A stretch of 63,977 bases of DNA, counting the filler, from Octopus bimaculoides (Eukaryota), in assembly GCF_001194135.2 (NCBI RefSeq). It is 7 parts of 7 records of this genome, joined end to end, with 100 filler letters (N's around TTAATTAATTAA, not from the genome) between each part and the next. Parts side by side here need not be neighbours in the genome. Positions count along the whole stretch, not along the records: positions 62,594 to 63,977 come from NC_068985.1; 6 more parts are not named here. One strand, 5' to 3'. This document shows, one piece after another, positions 62,656-63,977 of the stretch. How positions within the stretch are numbered: the stretch's first letter is position 1; the number at the start of each line of letters is the position of its first letter. The notes beneath the pieces were generated by a model. It had not been told where the DNA came from and ran no database searches. It saw only the letters and a program-made list of their open reading frames with translations. Position numbers and translations under genes: made by a program.

Positions 62656-63859
62656 ATAATAAGGTAGTCAGAATGTTGGATGACAATATATATCTTTATT
62701 TACATTTTTGCGCTGTCTTTCGTTATCGATTTATCAAAAAAATAGGTTTATTGTCAGATTGATCGTCTTTTTATATAAAACTGAAACTGATGATGTTTTA
62801 GAAGAAAAAGGTAGACGAGGGAAAGAGACAGGAAGGGAGGAAGAGAGGAATAATTTAGAGAGGATGGTGCAGGAGGAGACAAAACGCGAGAGCGGGAGAT
62901 AGAGAAAAGAAAGTATGCGGGTTTTTTGGGGTTTGCGGATGAAGGGAAAAGAAAGAAGAGAAAAGTATGAGAGGGAGGGGGAGTCTAGGAAGGTGTGGAT
63001 TTTGTATCGGTGTGGTCAAGTTTATTTGATTAGTATTCAATATGTTGTTATTTTTTCCTTTTCAGTGACCTTTGTGTGGAGGAGAAAGGAATTTTTTGTA
63101 TTGAAGTGGTCAAAGTTTTAACTGGAAGATGTTGTTTTTACCTTCTCCATTAAGAATTTTAATTACATTTCAAGGTCTTCTTTTTTAATATTATTTTGTA
63201 TTCACTATTGTAAAGGGGAGAGGATGGTTATATGGAAGTGGTCAAATTTTTGACGAAAATTCCAGATGTTGTTTTTGATTTAGTCGTGTACGTTTATGTT
63301 TATTCAAAGAGTGAATTTAATGTAAGTGTCGGTATGATTTTAAATACAATCTGAAAAAAATTTATGTGTGGGAAAGTGTTTCTCAATTATAAATATGATC
63401 TTGAATATAGAAAATTCCTTTCTTTCCCCACCTAAATGTCACTAAATAGGAAAAAACAACATTTTGAATCCCAATCAAGCAAGTCTGGCCACACTAATAC
63501 AAGGCAACGCATCTTTTAACTGTCCCTCCCCACAAACCTTTCGATTCTTTGATTTCCCTTCCTCTGTAACCCCTCAAAACACTCCGACTTTCTTTTCATT
63601 TCTCTGTCCCTACTATCTCCCACTCGCTCCTCCTCTCTCACCCCTGCAGCTTCCTTTCTAATTTGCTCCTCTTTTCCGCATCCCTCTCTCACCCTCTCTC
63701 TGTACCTATCTTTCTAAAATATCATCAGTTTCAATTGTATATAAACACGCGAAGCAAACCTACTATAAACCACTTTTCTGATAAATACGATAACGGAAAA
63801 AAGCGCTGAAATATAAATATAACATATATAAACTTCCAACATTACGACTAACTTATTAT
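62656..63859. mobile_element. Old foldback/MITE-like element with diverged inverted arms of about 370 bp
   Basis: 62656-63020 aligns with the reverse complement of 63485-63859, for example TTCTAAAA(C/T)ATCATCAGTTTCA, TCCAACATT..GACTA.CTTATTAT and CCACAC..ATACAA. Confidence 0.7.
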
Positions 63860-63893
63860 ATATCAATATATAGTATCTGTATATCACTTCAAA

Positions 63894-63941
<48 letters not shown>

Positions 63942-63944
63942 ATA

Positions 63945-63977
<33 letters not shown>

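Overview
AT-rich, gap-ridden (many N runs) animal genomic DNA, very probably an octopod cephalopod. That assignment is inferred from the SINE families and the microsatellite load and is not proven. No intact protein-coding gene is visible, and almost all ORF-track entries are microsatellite or N artefacts. The window is a transposon graveyard. It holds at least four tRNA-headed SINE families and five IS630-Tc1-mariner relics (DD41D-like, DD37D/maT-like, two DD34E Tc1, and one mariner with an internal inversion). It also holds several R4/Dong-type restriction-like-endonuclease LINE pieces next to (TAA)n tracts, a CR1/L2 RT fragment split by a solo LTR with a 4-bp TSD, a gag-like CCHC ORF1 of another LINE, and a Helitron 3' end with a Pif1 helicase remnant. 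Several long foldbacks are present. The most interesting layer is invisible to the ORF track: about eight type I hammerhead-ribozyme-like motifs, most with a palindromic stem III. They include a related head-to-head pair with long stem II, a tandem 286-bp unit, and a 363-bp structured unit bounded by direct repeats (Penelope/retrozyme-like). One weak candidate host exon encoding a signal-peptide-like start lies at 34720-35035 (-). The six TTAATTAATTAA islands inside 100-bp gaps are assembly spacers.
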